Below, in pieces: positions 63,107-64,000 of a stretch of 64,000 bases of DNA. The DNA is taken from NCBI GenBank assembly GCA_030141605.1, contig JAQGDQ010000042.1:62001-126000 (forward strand), given 5' to 3'. The notes under the pieces are model-generated. The model saw only the letters and a list, made by a program, of their open reading frames with translations. It had not been told where the DNA came from and did not search any database. Within the stretch, counting starts at the first letter, position 1. Each line of letters opens with the position of its first letter. Made by a program: the position numbers and the translations under genes. The DNA is from Tubiluchus corallicola. Lineage: Eukaryota; Animalia; Priapulida.

Positions 63107-64000
63107 GTAGGTGTTTCACTTCAACTTTAACTTTAATTTAAGGTTTGAAAAGATTTTTCAGTGGACAATTCATTTCAATTTATTGCTCAAATACATATAA
63201 CGTACATTGGCAAAATGCAATACAGTACGTACATGTCAAATAGTGCATACGTATAAAGTTAATTTATATAAGCTTTGTGCAAAAGATTATTTTCAGTGAT
63301 AGTAATAGTAGTAATTAACATTTTTGGTATAATTTGTGTTAACATGGATAAGTTAGCTAACTAATTAAAAAGCACTGATACAAAATCACAATTAAATGTT
63401 GTATTTTTCAGCAATGAAAGAAAAGGAAAAAATGATTGAATAGTATTTGTTTCAGCTATTTGAGTAAAGGTTTATAAGGAATGAATAATGAATAAGTTAT
63501 AAAAGAATTATGATCAAAGATATTATATTAGTAGGCACATAGTTAACGTGAGTAACTGTCACACAGACGTTGCATTTACATTTTGGTCAGTTCTTCAGCA
63601 ACCAAAAACTAACCAAAATACAAGCCAAATCTAGCACAGGACCTGGCATGAGTTAGACGTCTTCGCAGCAAAAATGTCAACTCGGCACTCGGAACGTCAC
63701 ATAATGCCTTGCTATGTGCTACAACTTATGTGGACATTAATGTAATTAGCACGTACATAATTAAACCAACCCAGTGAGTATTTTTTGGTTGTAGAGACAT
63801 CTGACGTCTGCCATTCGATTCTGTCGTAGGATTTTAGTTGTGTGTTAAAATTTTTACAGTGTTAAGATTCCGAAATTGTGACAACATTGAATCCTAAAGT
63901 TGGTGATAGATCTAACAGTGCGCAAAGCAGCCTAAATTGGTAATAGATTGGTGTGAAAAAATTTGTGATCTTTAACATAAAAAATGTTGAAAGCTCTATA

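Overview
AT-rich animal genomic DNA, most likely from an invertebrate; the taxon cannot be fixed from sequence alone. It has spliceosomal introns and no prokaryotic features. Seven protein-coding genes can be reconstructed by hand: a TBC1D2/TBC1D2B-like PH+TBC Rab-GAP (- strand, 3' end off the window); BBS9/PTHB1 with an intronless CDS; PIGB (10 coding exons, first intron U12-type GT-AG); GGCX (14 coding exons); an intronless BTB-BACK gene nested on the same strand inside a GGCX intron; an ALDH9A1-like dehydrogenase (- strand, 2 coding exons, mitochondrial-type presequence); and the first two coding exons of METTL16, head-to-head with ALDH9. Introns carry LINE 3' ends, a Tc1 DD34E fragment with a foldback, hAT elements with 8-bp TSDs, MITEs, a tRNA-derived element and mini/microsatellites. 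I found no convincing wholly new system. The strongest leads are the TE-filled minor intron, the nested truncated BTB gene, gene-specific intron loss (BBS9, ALDH9) and the ALDH9/METTL16 divergent pair. Exon coordinates were read by eye and need RNA-seq confirmation.
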